This document shows, piece after piece, positions 26,417 to 35,092 of a stretch of 64,000 nt of DNA. Position 1 is the first letter of the stretch; each line of letters opens with the position of its first letter. The position numbers and the translations under genes were made by a program. The notes beneath the pieces were generated by a model. The model had not been told where the DNA came from and searched no databases. It was given only the letters and a program-made list of their open reading frames with translations. The DNA is from Gemmatimonadales bacterium (lineage in GTDB: Bacteria; Gemmatimonadota; Gemmatimonadetes; Gemmatimonadales; GWC2-71-9). The stretch lies in assembly GCA_041615815.1 (NCBI GenBank), contig JBFJCP010000010.1, forward strand, positions 2,856-66,855, written 5' to 3'.

Positions 26417-28171
26417 ATGGCGACGACAGCAGCTGCCTTCGACCACGTAGCCCACGCGCACGCCGACACGCGGTCGTTCATTCGTCGATACATTTTCTCG
26501 ACGGATCACAAGATTATCGGGATCCAGTTCCTCATTATGAGTCTGTTCTTCCTCCTCGTGGGGGGAACGCTGGCGATCATGATGCGCTGGCAGCTGGGTT
26601 TCCCCGGCGAGGCGTTTCCGGGTGGCGGTGTGCTCCCGGAGACGATGGCACCGGACGGTGTGCTCTTGCCGGAGTTTTACAACTCACTGGTGACGATGCA
26701 CGGCACGTTCATGGTCTTTTTCGCGATCATGCCGCTGCTCGTGGGTGTGTACGCGAACTTCCTGATCCCGCTCAAGATCGGCGCACCAGACATGGCGTTC
26801 CCGCGCCTCAACATGGTTTCGTTTTGGGTCGCCATGCCGGCCGGATTGATCATGATGGCGGGGTTCCTGGTGGAGGGAGGTGCCGCCGGGGCCGGATGGA
26901 CCATGTACGCGCCGTTGAGTGCCAATCCGGAATACTCAGGGGTCAGCGGAGGGCAGATTCTCTGGTGTGTGAGTATCGCGGTGCTGGGCCTCTCATCGAT
27001 CCTCGGATCGACCAACTATATCACGACCATCATCAACATGCGGGCGCCGGGCATGACCTGGTTCCGCATGCCACTCAGTATCTGGTCGCTCTTCATCACG
27101 GCGATTCTGACCATTCTGGCCATCCCCATTCTCTCCGGGGCGGCCATCATGCTGTTGTTCGATCAGCTCATCGGTACCCATTTCTTTCTGCCGCCGGATG
27201 GGGGCCAGCCGCTCCTGTGGCAGCACCTGTTCTGGTTCTTCGGCCATCCGGAGGTCTACATCCTGATCCTACCGGCCATGGGGATGGTGTCTGATATCAT
27301 CGCGAACGGCTCGAGGAAGCCGATCTTCGGATATCACTCGATGGTCTATGCCATGATCGGTATCGGCTTCCTCGGATGGATCGTTTGGGGACATCACATG
27401 TTCCAGAGTGGGATGAACCCGACGCTGGGCATGTCCTTCATGATCTCGACGATGCTGATTGCCGTGCCCTCTGCCATCAAGACGTTCAACTGGTTGGGCA
27501 CAATGTGGAGGGGGAGTATCCGTTTCCACGTCCCGATGCTCAACGCGGTCGCGTTTGTCGCGATGTTCGTGATCGGCGGGCTGAGTGGGGTGTTCATGGC
27601 CTCCACGCCCGTGGACATCCAGATTCACGATACGTACTTCATCGTGGCGCACCTCCACTATGTGTTGTTCGGGGGGAGCCTGTTCGCACTGTTTGGCGCC
27701 ATCACGTTCTGGTATCCCAAGATGTTCGGGCGGATGATGAGCGAGTTTTGGGGGAAGGTGCATTTCGTGCTGACGTTCATCTTCTACAACCTCACGTTCT
27801 TTCCGATGCACCAGATTGGCTTGGGTGGCCACATGCGGCGGATCTACGATCCGACCGAATACGAGTTCTTGCTGCCGCTGCAGGGGCTCAACCGATTCAT
27901 CACGATCAGCGCGATCCTCCTGTTCGCCACACAAACCATCTTTGCGTTGAACTTCATCATTAGTTGGTTCAGGGGGAAGAAAGCACCTGACAATCCGTGG
28001 GAGGATACCGGCGTCGAGTGGAGTACTCCTTCGCCGGCACCCCATGGCAACTTCCCGACGACGCCAACGGTCCATCACGGACCGTACGAGTTCAGCTCAC
28101 CGCTCGTGGAGGAAGACTACTTGATGCAGGATCGTAGGGTCAGCAAACCCGCGACTCCGGCCGCCAGCTGA
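26417..28171 (+). CDS. coxA: cytochrome c oxidase subunit I (A-type), second copy
   Basis: LFWFFGHPEVYILILPAMG, GHHMFQSG and VAHLHYVLFGG. 584 aa. Confidence 0.95.
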   Translation: MATTAAAFDHVAHAHADTRSFIRRYIFSTDHKIIGIQFLIMSLFFLLVGGTLAIMMRWQLGFPGEAFPGGGVLPETMAPDGVLLPEFYNSLVTMHGTFMVFFAIMPLLVGVYANFLIPLKIGAPDMAFPRLNMVSFWVAMPAGLIMMAGFLVEGGAAGAGWTMYAPLSANPEYSGVSGGQILWCVSIAVLGLSSILGSTNYITTIINMRAPGMTWFRMPLSIWSLFITAILTILAIPILSGAAIMLLFDQLIGTHFFLPPDGGQPLLWQHLFWFFGHPEVYILILPAMGMVSDIIANGSRKPIFGYHSMVYAMIGIGFLGWIVWGHHMFQSGMNPTLGMSFMISTMLIAVPSAIKTFNWLGTMWRGSIRFHVPMLNAVAFVAMFVIGGLSGVFMASTPVDIQIHDTYFIVAHLHYVLFGGSLFALFGAITFWYPKMFGRMMSEFWGKVHFVLTFIFYNLTFFPMHQIGLGGHMRRIYDPTEYEFLLPLQGLNRFITISAILLFATQTIFALNFIISWFRGKKAPDNPWEDTGVEWSTPSPAPHGNFPTTPTVHHGPYEFSSPLVEEDYLMQDRRVSKPATPAAS

Positions 28172-28181
28172 GGGAGGAGCG

Positions 28182-28862
28182 ATGGCACACGCAGCAGTGA
28201 TGCAGCCTCCGGCCTCGGCGGAGACCGGTGCGGGGGTTTATAACGAGAAGCTGGGGATGTGGGTCTTCTTGGGGTCGGAGGTCATGTTCTTCACGGCCCT
28301 CATCGGGTCGTACATCATCCTGCGCTTCGCGCAGCCGCAGGCGTGGGCAGCCCCCGGCCAGATTCTCAATATTCCGGTGACGGGCGTCAATACGTTTTTG
28401 CTGATCTGTAGCTCGGTCACCATGGTCAAGGCGTTTGCCGCCGCTCAGGACGGCGACCAGCGCATGTTGAAGGCCTGGCTGCTGGCAACGGTGCTCATCG
28501 GGGCGACGTTCGTGAGCATTCAGGTGTACGAGTATCTGGTGTTGGCGCACGAAGGATTCCTCCCGAGTGGCTATGTGGCGGGCAGTCATCTGGCCGAGGT
28601 CGCAGACGGTGGTGCGGCGTACAAGGGCGGTGCGGCCTTGCCCGAATCGGTGGGGTTGTACGGTTCCACGTTCTATACGATGACTTCCTTTCATGGCTTT
28701 CACGTTACCATGGGTGTGCTGTGCATGATCTTCGTGACGGTGAAGGCGTTTCGTGGCGGGTATACAGCGGAAGACCATCGAGGAGTCGAAGTCATTGGTT
28801 TGTATTGGCACTTCGTAGACTTGGTGTGGATCGTACTCTTTACCATCGTCTACCTGATCTGA
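28182..28862 (+). CDS. coxC: cytochrome c oxidase subunit III, second copy
   Basis: RBS GGGAGGAG. FYTMTSFHGFHVTMGVLCM and YWHFVDLVWIVLFT. Carries a ~35-aa insertion relative to the copy at 12883. Confidence 0.9.
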   Translation: MAHAAVMQPPASAETGAGVYNEKLGMWVFLGSEVMFFTALIGSYIILRFAQPQAWAAPGQILNIPVTGVNTFLLICSSVTMVKAFAAAQDGDQRMLKAWLLATVLIGATFVSIQVYEYLVLAHEGFLPSGYVAGSHLAEVADGGAAYKGGAALPESVGLYGSTFYTMTSFHGFHVTMGVLCMIFVTVKAFRGGYTAEDHRGVEVIGLYWHFVDLVWIVLFTIVYLI

Positions 28863-28880
28863 AACGAGCGGGGTCGAAAG

Positions 28881-29162
28881 ATGGAACAGAAGCCACATGC
28901 CAAGCATCCTCCGTACATGGGGATCTGGGCCGCGCTGGCCCTTCTGACCGTTCTGGAGATTGGCGTGGCGTTCTTCCAGAATTGGCCTAAGGAAGTGATC
29001 ATCCTCGTGCTCGTCGGTCTCGCGATCTGGAAGGCAGTGCTGGTGGCCATGTATTTCATGCACCTGCGCTTCGAGGGCAACCAGCTCCGAATCCTCGCCG
29101 TGGCACCGCTACCACTTGCCGTGATCCTCGTGATTGCGGTGATCACCGAGTATTTGTGGTAG
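28881..29162 (+). CDS. cytochrome c oxidase subunit IV (small bacterial type), second copy
   Basis: 93 aa with three TM segments. KAVLVAMYFMHLR parallels the copy at 13472. Confidence 0.75.
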   Translation: MEQKPHAKHPPYMGIWAALALLTVLEIGVAFFQNWPKEVIILVLVGLAIWKAVLVAMYFMHLRFEGNQLRILAVAPLPLAVILVIAVITEYLW

Positions 29163-30031
29163 CGATCGCGCTCTCGCGTTCGCGGGCAGGTGACTTTCTC
29201 GAGTTGACCAAGCCCCGCATCGTTGCCCTCGTCATGGGCACCGTTGCCGCAGGGTTCTATTTGGCGAGTCCCACCGGCCTGGCGGGGCTCGCCTTGTTCC
29301 ATACCCTGCTTGGCACGGCGCTGGTCTCTGGCGGCACGAACGCGCTGAATCAGATCGCTGAACGGGACGTCGATGCTCTGATGCGGCGTACTCGAGACCG
29401 CCCACTCCCGGCGGGCCGGCTCCGACTCCCCGAGGCGTCATTGTTCGCATGGACCACGGGCCTCGGCGGGATCGGCTATCTCGCCGCGTTCGTGAATGGC
29501 CTGGTCGCGATGCTCGCTGCCGCGACACTCGTCAGTTACGTTTTCGTGTATACACCGCTCAAGCGGCACACGTCTTTGGCAACGTTGGTCGGTGCCGTGC
29601 CCGGTGCGCTCCCGATCGCGGGGGGATGGGCCGCGGCCACGGGCGGGCTTCCGCTCGGTGCCTGGGTGCTGTTTGCCATCGTATTCATGTGGCAGCTCCC
29701 ACATTTTCTGGCGTTAGCGTGGCTGTTTCGTGAAGATTACGCGCGGGCAGGGCTCAAGATGTTGAGCGTCGTTCAAGGAGCGGATTCGACCTTTCGTCAG
29801 TCCGTTCTCTACTCGGTTGCGATGGTACCAACGAGCCTGACGCCTACCGTGATCGGCCTGGCGGGACCGTTCTATTTCTTCAGTGCGATGGGATTGTCCC
29901 TGTGGCTGATCTGGGTGGCCTGGATGGCAGCCCGCCACCAGACGGCCGCTGCGGCCAGACGCCTCTTCATGACGACGATCGTTTATCTTCCCGCGATCCT
30001 CCTCGTTCTGACGCTGGACAAGATCGGATGA
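29156..30031 (+). CDS. ctaB: protohaem IX farnesyltransferase (haem O synthase)
   Basis: GTG start overlaps the upstream gene by 7 nt. LTKPRIVALV and GTNALNQIAERDVDALMRRTRDRPLPAGRL are UbiA-family CyoE/CtaB motifs. Confidence 0.9.
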   Translation: MVAIALSRSRAGDFLELTKPRIVALVMGTVAAGFYLASPTGLAGLALFHTLLGTALVSGGTNALNQIAERDVDALMRRTRDRPLPAGRLRLPEASLFAWTTGLGGIGYLAAFVNGLVAMLAAATLVSYVFVYTPLKRHTSLATLVGAVPGALPIAGGWAAATGGLPLGAWVLFAIVFMWQLPHFLALAWLFREDYARAGLKMLSVVQGADSTFRQSVLYSVAMVPTSLTPTVIGLAGPFYFFSAMGLSLWLIWVAWMAARHQTAAAARRLFMTTIVYLPAILLVLTLDKIG

Positions 30032-30216
30032 TCCTCTTTCATCGTTTTCTCATTGGAACGGCCATTCTCTTTTCCGCGGGGTTCGCGGCCTGGTCCTTCG
30101 TTGGGTTTCGCCAACAGGGAAGTGCGCTGTTGCTCGGGCTCGGTGTGTTCTTCGCGGTCGCCACGTTGGCGCTGGCCTACTATCTCAAGAACCTGAAACG
30201 CTTCCTGGGCCGGTGA
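30028..30216 (+). CDS. small two-TM membrane protein (62 aa) coupled to ctaB
   Basis: ATGA overlap with the ctaB stop. MILFHRFLIGTAILFSAGFAAWSFVGF...LGLGVFFAVATLALAYYLKNL. The longer listed ORF 29902..30216 overlaps ctaB. Confidence 0.55.
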   Translation: MILFHRFLIGTAILFSAGFAAWSFVGFRQQGSALLLGLGVFFAVATLALAYYLKNLKRFLGR

Positions 30217-30239
30217 ACGGCGACGCAGTTTCCGGTGCC

Positions 30240-30350
30240 ATGATGTGGGTGGGGGCCATGATGGTGTTTACGCCGTTGGTGGCCGTGATGTCCGTGATTG
30301 GTGTCTTGTGGTGGCAGAGGAAGAAAGGGCAGCGGGAGCAGGGGAACTAG
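30240..30350 (+). CDS. candidate 36-aa single-TM peptide (below ORF-track cutoff)
   Basis: My translation: MMWVGAMMVFTPLVAVMSVIGVLWWQRKKGQREQGN, then TAG at 30348. A hydrophobic helix is followed by a basic tail. It is the last + strand ORF before the convergent htrA terminator. Confidence 0.4.
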   Translation: MMWVGAMMVFTPLVAVMSVIGVLWWQRKKGQREQGN

Positions 30351-30378
30351 CGGAGTGAAGTAGCTGCAAGGACGGACG

Positions 30379-30423
30379 AGAAAAAGCGGAACGGGCGCGC
30401 CCACTCAGCAGGCACGCCCGTTC
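30379..30423 (-). terminator. intrinsic terminator of htrA
   Basis: Minus strand: GAACGGGCGUGCC-UGCUGAGUG-GGCGCGCCCGUUC, a 13-bp stem with one G.U pair, followed by CGCUUUUUCUC. Confidence 0.7.
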
Positions 30424-30440
30424 ATCTATGTATACGCCGG
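30381..30440. repeat. copy D of a 21-nt AT-rich repeat, interrupted by the 35-nt terminator hairpin
   Basis: + strand GAAAAAGCG[35 nt, 30389-30423]ATCTATGTATAC gCCGG. Compare copy U at 32134. Confidence 0.8.
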
Positions 30441-30472
30441 GCCCCGCAGGGGCGCCGACGGCTAACAAATCT

Positions 30473-32119
30473 TCAGCTCGCGTCTCCCGCTCGGAGTCGC
30501 ACGACACCCTCGTTCACTCGCGATTGGCCCGTTCCGTCCCACAGCACGAGGATGTACCGCACCGACACGATGGCATTGGCGCGGACGTCCTTCATGACCG
30601 CTTCAAACTCGGCCGGTGACCGCACCCGTTCGCCGTTTACGTGGGTGATGACCGTGAGCCGTCCTGCCCGTGGGTTCGAAGCCGCCAGCGGCTTGTCGCG
30701 AGCCGGGCCGTCCGGATCCACTGCGGTAACGACGACACCCGAGAGATCTGACGGGACGCCGGGGTAGCGTACCAACTGCTCCCGGTCGAGACGCTCGACT
30801 TCGAGTCCGAGCTTGGCTTCGTACGAGGTCGTGTTTGAATCGTCCCTGGTGTCGCTGGCCGCAACCACAGTGCGTTCATCCATAGCCGCCTCACCGAGCC
30901 GCACCGTGAGATTGTGCCGCTGCCCGCCTTCGCGCAGCACGGTCACCTGGACCCGTTCACCGGGCCGCTTGAAGCCAACCAGCTGCTGGAGCTGCGCCAC
31001 ATATTGGACTGCTTGGCCGTCCAGCTCGACGATGACGTCTCCCGGGCGGATCCCCGCCTGCCGCGCTGGGCTCTCGTTGCTCGAGTAATCCTGGACGACG
31101 ACGCCTCTAATCTGCTTGAGACCCACATACTCGGCATCTTCCGGATCGACATTGCGAATCGAAACACCCAAAACCGCGCGGGTGACTCGTCCATTGTCGA
31201 TTAGTTGCTCCGCAACGCTGCGGGCGAGGTTGATGGGAATAGCGAAGCTGTAGCCCGAATAGTAGCCGGTGCGGCTCGCGATGGCCGAGTTCACACCGAT
31301 GACCTGGCCGCGGATATTGACTAGCGGACCGCCGGAGTTCCCGGGGTTGATGGCGGCATCCGTCTGAATGAAGTCCTGAATGCTGTACTCGGAGTTGATG
31401 AGGCCTGCGAGGGCCCTGCCCCGACCGCTCACGATACCGGCCGTAACCGTGAACGAGAATTCTTCTCCCAAGGGATTCCCGATGGCCAGCACCCACTCGC
31501 CGATCCGAAGAGAATCCGAGTTACCGAAGGAGACCGTGGGCAAATCGCGCGCATCGATCTTGATGACTGCGAGATCCGTGTTCGGGTCACGACCAACCAC
31601 TCGCGCCGTGAATCGCCGTCGATCGATCAGCGTCACCTCGAGCCGATCGAAATCTTCCACCACATGATTGTTGGTGAGGATATACCCGTCCGGGGATACG
31701 ATGAAGCCGCTCCCCTGGCCTCGACGGGGTCGTTGATCCGAATCCTCAGGCAGTCGGAAGAAGCGGTCAAACGGTTCGGGAAGCGCCCGCTCCCGTTGCC
31801 GATCCCCGCTCCCAGCTTGTCGGCGGGTCTCGGCGTTGATGAAGACGACGGTGGGGCGGACAGCCAGGGCCACGGAGCTGAACGCTTCACCGAGAGCATC
31901 GACCGTCGCATTGGCGGCGACAGGGGCCGGCTGCTGCTCGGCCGCGAGCCCCGGCGACGAGACGTTGCTCGTCTGACCAGCCACCTCACTCAACGGCGTG
32001 GGCTGTTGTGCCTCAGAGCTCTGAGGGAAATCGATCACGGAGACGAAGGCACCCATCAGCACCACACCCAGGGTCACCAATGCTCCGAATTTGAGCCAAT
32101 CCCGCCTACGTCGTTCCAT
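30473..32119 (-). CDS. htrA: HtrA/DegP-family periplasmic serine protease with two PDZ domains
   Basis: Catalytic triad contexts ILTNNHVV, DLAVIKI and GNSGGPLVN. N-terminal TM/signal, two PDZ-like C-terminal regions. Confidence 0.9.
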   Translation of the reverse strand: MERRRRDWLKFGALVTLGVVLMGAFVSVIDFPQSSEAQQPTPLSEVAGQTSNVSSPGLAAEQQPAPVAANATVDALGEAFSSVALAVRPTVVFINAETRRQAGSGDRQRERALPEPFDRFFRLPEDSDQRPRRGQGSGFIVSPDGYILTNNHVVEDFDRLEVTLIDRRRFTARVVGRDPNTDLAVIKIDARDLPTVSFGNSDSLRIGEWVLAIGNPLGEEFSFTVTAGIVSGRGRALAGLINSEYSIQDFIQTDAAINPGNSGGPLVNIRGQVIGVNSAIASRTGYYSGYSFAIPINLARSVAEQLIDNGRVTRAVLGVSIRNVDPEDAEYVGLKQIRGVVVQDYSSNESPARQAGIRPGDVIVELDGQAVQYVAQLQQLVGFKRPGERVQVTVLREGGQRHNLTVRLGEAAMDERTVVAASDTRDDSNTTSYEAKLGLEVERLDREQLVRYPGVPSDLSGVVVTAVDPDGPARDKPLAASNPRAGRLTVITHVNGERVRSPAEFEAVMKDVRANAIVSVRYILVLWDGTGQSRVNEGVVRLRAGDAS

Positions 32120-32133
32120 AAACTCCGTCCAGT

Positions 32134-32157
32134 GAAAAAGCGATCTATGTATACCGG
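32134..32157. repeat. copy U of the 21-nt AT-rich repeat (uninterrupted), 15-35 nt upstream of the htrA start
   Basis: + strand GAAAAAGCGATCTATGTATAC CGG. Identical 21-mer to the split copy D. Confidence 0.8.
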
Positions 32158-32185
32158 TATGTGATACCGTTAAAGTAACCCGAAA

Positions 32186-32212
32186 CCGGGGTCGGGGTTT
32201 CCCCCGCCCCGG
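32186..32212 (-). terminator. intrinsic terminator of dnaK
   Basis: Minus strand CCGGGGCGGGGG-AAA-CCCCGACCCCGG (GC stem with one bulge), followed by UUUCGGGUU. Starts 10 nt after the dnaK stop. Confidence 0.6.
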
Positions 32213-32221
32213 TCCGCGAGC

Positions 32222-34138
32222 CTACTTCGAGTCGTCCACGATCTCGTAATCAGCCTCGACCACGTCTTCCTTTTGCTCGCCGGCGGTGGCGCCAGCCTCC
32301 GCTCCGGCGGGCTCTTCGGCCGGGCCGGGCTCGGCCTGGGTCGCCTGATACAGCGAGGCACCCGCGGCCGAAAAGGCCTGGGAGAGCTCCTCGAGCGCGG
32401 CCTTGATCTCGCCGGAGTCGCCCGAACGGAGAGCCTTCTTGCTCCCCTCCAGGGCGGCGTCCAAGCGATCCCGGTGCGCGGACTCGAGCCGATCTGCCCA
32501 GTCCTTCATGTCCTTCTCGACCTGGTACACGAGCGAGTCGAGCCGATTCCGAGCCTCGATCTCCTCCCGACGAGCCTTGTCTTCCGACGAGTGTTGTTCC
32601 GCCTCCGTGACCATTCGCTCGATCTCTCCCTCGGACAGTCCGCTGGAGGCCTCGATCCGGATCTTCTGCTCCTTACCCGTCGCCTTGTCTTTGGCGGACA
32701 CGTGCAGAATGCCGTTGGCGTCAATATCGAACGTGACCTCAACTTGCGGCATGCCCCGCGGCGCCGGCGGAATTCCGGTCAACTGAAATCGGCCGATCGT
32801 CCGATTGTCCACGGCCATCTGCCGCTCGCCCTGGAGCACGTGGATCTCCACGGTGGTCTGGTTGTCCTCGGCCGTGGAAAAGACCTCCGACTTTTTGGTC
32901 GGAATTGTCGTATTCCGGGAAATGAGCACGGTAGTGACGCCGCCCAGGGTTTCGATACCCAGGGACAGGGGCGTCACGTCGAGGAGCAACACATCCTTCA
33001 CCTCGCCGGCGAGGACGCCACCCTGGATGGCCGCGCCGATGCCAACGACCTCGTCCGGGTTGACACCCTTGTGCGGTTCCTTCCCAAAGAAACTCTTCAC
33101 GATCTCTTGGACCTTCGGGATTCTAGTGGATCCACCAACCAGAATGACTTCGTCGATTTCCGACGGCGCAAGCCCGGCGTCCTTGAGCGCCTGCTCCATG
33201 GGAGCCTTCGTACGCTCGATCAGGTCGTCCACCAGCTGCTCGAACTTGGCCCGCGTCAGGGTCACGTTGAGATGCTTGGGACCCGATTGATCCGCCGTGA
33301 TGAACGGCAGATTGATCTCCGTCTGCGTCGTAGACGAAAGTTCCATCTTGGCCTTTTCCGCCGCCTCTTTGAGGCGCTGGAGGGCCATCGCGTCCTTGGA
33401 AAGGTCGATCCCCTGGTCCTTCTTGAACTCGGCTACGAGCCACTGAATGACCCGCTCGTCGAAATCGTCCCCGCCGAGGTGCGTGTCGCCGTTCGTGGCC
33501 TTGACCTCGAAAACGCCCTCGGCCAACTCCAAGACCGAAATGTCGTACGTCCCACCGCCGAGGTCGAAGACTGCGATCTTTTCCTCTTTCTTTTTGTCGA
33601 GCCCGTAGGCGAGCGCGGCAGCCGTGGGCTCATTGATGATGCGCAGGACTTCGAGCCCAGCGATGCGGCCGGCGTCTTTTGTCGCCTGGCGCTGGGAGTC
33701 GTTGAAGTACGCAGGCACGGTCACGACGGCCTTCTCGACCTTGTGACCCAGATAGTCCTCAGCGGTCTGTCGCATCTTCTGGAGAATCATTGCCGAGATC
33801 TCCGGCGGCGTGTACTGCTTGCCCTGGACCTCGACGGAGGCAAGACTGTTTTGGCCGGGCGCAACTTTGTACGGGACACGGGCGGTCTCCTGCGGGACCT
33901 CGTCCATCCGACGTCCCATGAACCGCTTGATGGAAAACACCGTATTCTTGGGATTCGTCACAGCCTGACGCTTGGCGACCTGTCCCACCAGCCGCTCCCC
34001 GTCCTTGGTAAACCCCACGACCGACGGGGTCGTCCGACCGCCCTCGGAATTGGGAATCACAACCGGGTCGCCGCCTTCCATGACGGCCACCACAGAGTTG
34101 GTGGTTCCGAGGTCGATGCCTATGACCTTCTCAGCCAT
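32222..34138 (-). CDS. dnaK: molecular chaperone DnaK (Hsp70)
   Basis: Trimmed to ATG 34138 ([23 protein letters not shown]). [28 protein letters not shown]. Listed + ORF 32273..34285 is an antisense shadow. Confidence 0.98.
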   Translation of the reverse strand: MAEKVIGIDLGTTNSVVAVMEGGDPVVIPNSEGGRTTPSVVGFTKDGERLVGQVAKRQAVTNPKNTVFSIKRFMGRRMDEVPQETARVPYKVAPGQNSLASVEVQGKQYTPPEISAMILQKMRQTAEDYLGHKVEKAVVTVPAYFNDSQRQATKDAGRIAGLEVLRIINEPTAAALAYGLDKKKEEKIAVFDLGGGTYDISVLELAEGVFEVKATNGDTHLGGDDFDERVIQWLVAEFKKDQGIDLSKDAMALQRLKEAAEKAKMELSSTTQTEINLPFITADQSGPKHLNVTLTRAKFEQLVDDLIERTKAPMEQALKDAGLAPSEIDEVILVGGSTRIPKVQEIVKSFFGKEPHKGVNPDEVVGIGAAIQGGVLAGEVKDVLLLDVTPLSLGIETLGGVTTVLISRNTTIPTKKSEVFSTAEDNQTTVEIHVLQGERQMAVDNRTIGRFQLTGIPPAPRGMPQVEVTFDIDANGILHVSAKDKATGKEQKIRIEASSGLSEGEIERMVTEAEQHSSEDKARREEIEARNRLDSLVYQVEKDMKDWADRLESAHRDRLDAALEGSKKALRSGDSGEIKAALEELSQAFSAAGASLYQATQAEPGPAEEPAGAEAGATAGEQKEDVVEADYEIVDDSK

Positions 34139-34276
34139 CCCAGTCTCCCTTCGATGAGAATCGATGCGCAATGCTCCGCAGAAGTCGCAGACGCAAGCCA
34201 CATACCCGAAAATCGCGCCAAATTGGCATATAGCGCAGGATGTGGCAGCGCCACGGCAGGGAAGGTATTTGCCTCT

Positions 34277-34305
34277 TTGACTTGAACTTACGCCAGTCGT
34301 AGCTT
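34277..34305 (+). promoter_or_regulatory. sigma70-like promoter candidate (TTGACT-17-TAGCTT) implying a leaderless rhomboid mRNA
   Basis: -35 TTGACT (34277-82), 17-nt spacer, -10 TAGCTT (34300-05). ATG 34312 lies 7 nt after the -10 and has no SD. Confidence 0.35.
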
Positions 34306-34311
34306 TTTGGG

Positions 34312-35091
34312 ATGTTCCCGTACCGGGACGATAACCCCAGCCTGCATAAACCCATCGTCACCTATGTCATCATTGGCGTGACGGCGGCGGTCTGGTTCCT
34401 GGTACAGGGGGCCGGGAGCCAGCCAGCGCTCGCGGAGTCCGTATGTCAACTGGGCGCCATTCCCGGGGAAATCCTCGGCCGGCTCGAGGGCGAGCGCGTA
34501 ATCCCGCTGGGGCGGGGGCTGGGATGCCGTGTGGGGTTGCAGTCCGGCACCTGGCACACCGTGGTGACCTCCATGTTCCTGCACGGGAGCTGGTTCCACA
34601 TCATTGGGAATCTGTGGTTCTTGTGGGTGTTCGGGGACAACGTCGAGGATTCCATGGGTCACGCGCGGTTCGGCGTGTTCTACGTGGTGTGCGGCGTCAT
34701 CGCTGCGATGGCCCAGATCCTCGTGCAACCGAGTTCGCCGATCCCGATGGTCGGCGCCTCAGGGGCGATCAGTGGAGTGATGGGAGCCTACCTGGTGCTG
34801 TATCCGAAAGTGCGCGTCCACATGATCGTGTTCCTCGGCTTTTTCATTACGACGGTGGCGGTGCCGGCGTATTTGATGCTTCTCTATTGGGCATTCCTGC
34901 AGGTGTTGGGCGGTCTGCCCACGGTCGCCGGTGCTGGTGAGCGCGGCGGCGTGGCCTTCATGGCCCATTTAGGCGGGTTCGTGGCAGGCGTGGCGCTCAT
35001 CAAGCTCTTTGCCAAGCGCGCATTGGTGGAAGCGCACCGACGCCACGTGGCGGTCGAGACGCACCGACGGCGTCGCCTCCCCTGGGAGTAA
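34312..35091 (+). CDS. rhomboid-family intramembrane serine protease
   Basis: Six TM segments. [18 protein letters not shown] and the catalytic [13 protein letters not shown] and AHLGGFVAG motifs. Confidence 0.85.
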   Translation: MFPYRDDNPSLHKPIVTYVIIGVTAAVWFLVQGAGSQPALAESVCQLGAIPGEILGRLEGERVIPLGRGLGCRVGLQSGTWHTVVTSMFLHGSWFHIIGNLWFLWVFGDNVEDSMGHARFGVFYVVCGVIAAMAQILVQPSSPIPMVGASGAISGVMGAYLVLYPKVRVHMIVFLGFFITTVAVPAYLMLLYWAFLQVLGGLPTVAGAGERGGVAFMAHLGGFVAGVALIKLFAKRALVEAHRRHVAVETHRRRRLPWE

Positions 35092-35092
35092 C

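Noticed and set aside
30381-32157. htrA as a mobile cassette with the 21-nt repeat as a target-site duplication
   Set aside because: No transposase, integrase or terminal inverted repeats are present, and 21 nt is long for a TSD. Reported as an unexplained repeat instead of a mobile element.
32273-34285. 670-aa plus-strand ORF
   Set aside because: Exactly antisense to dnaK, whose identity is unambiguous. The composition is low-complexity Arg/Leu/Gly-rich.
34139-34311. CIRCE (TTAGCACTC-N9-GAGTGCTAA), HAIR or sigma32-type heat-shock promoter upstream of dnaK
   Set aside because: No acceptable match to any of these consensus elements by eye. Only a generic TTGACT/TAGCTT promoter facing the rhomboid gene was found.
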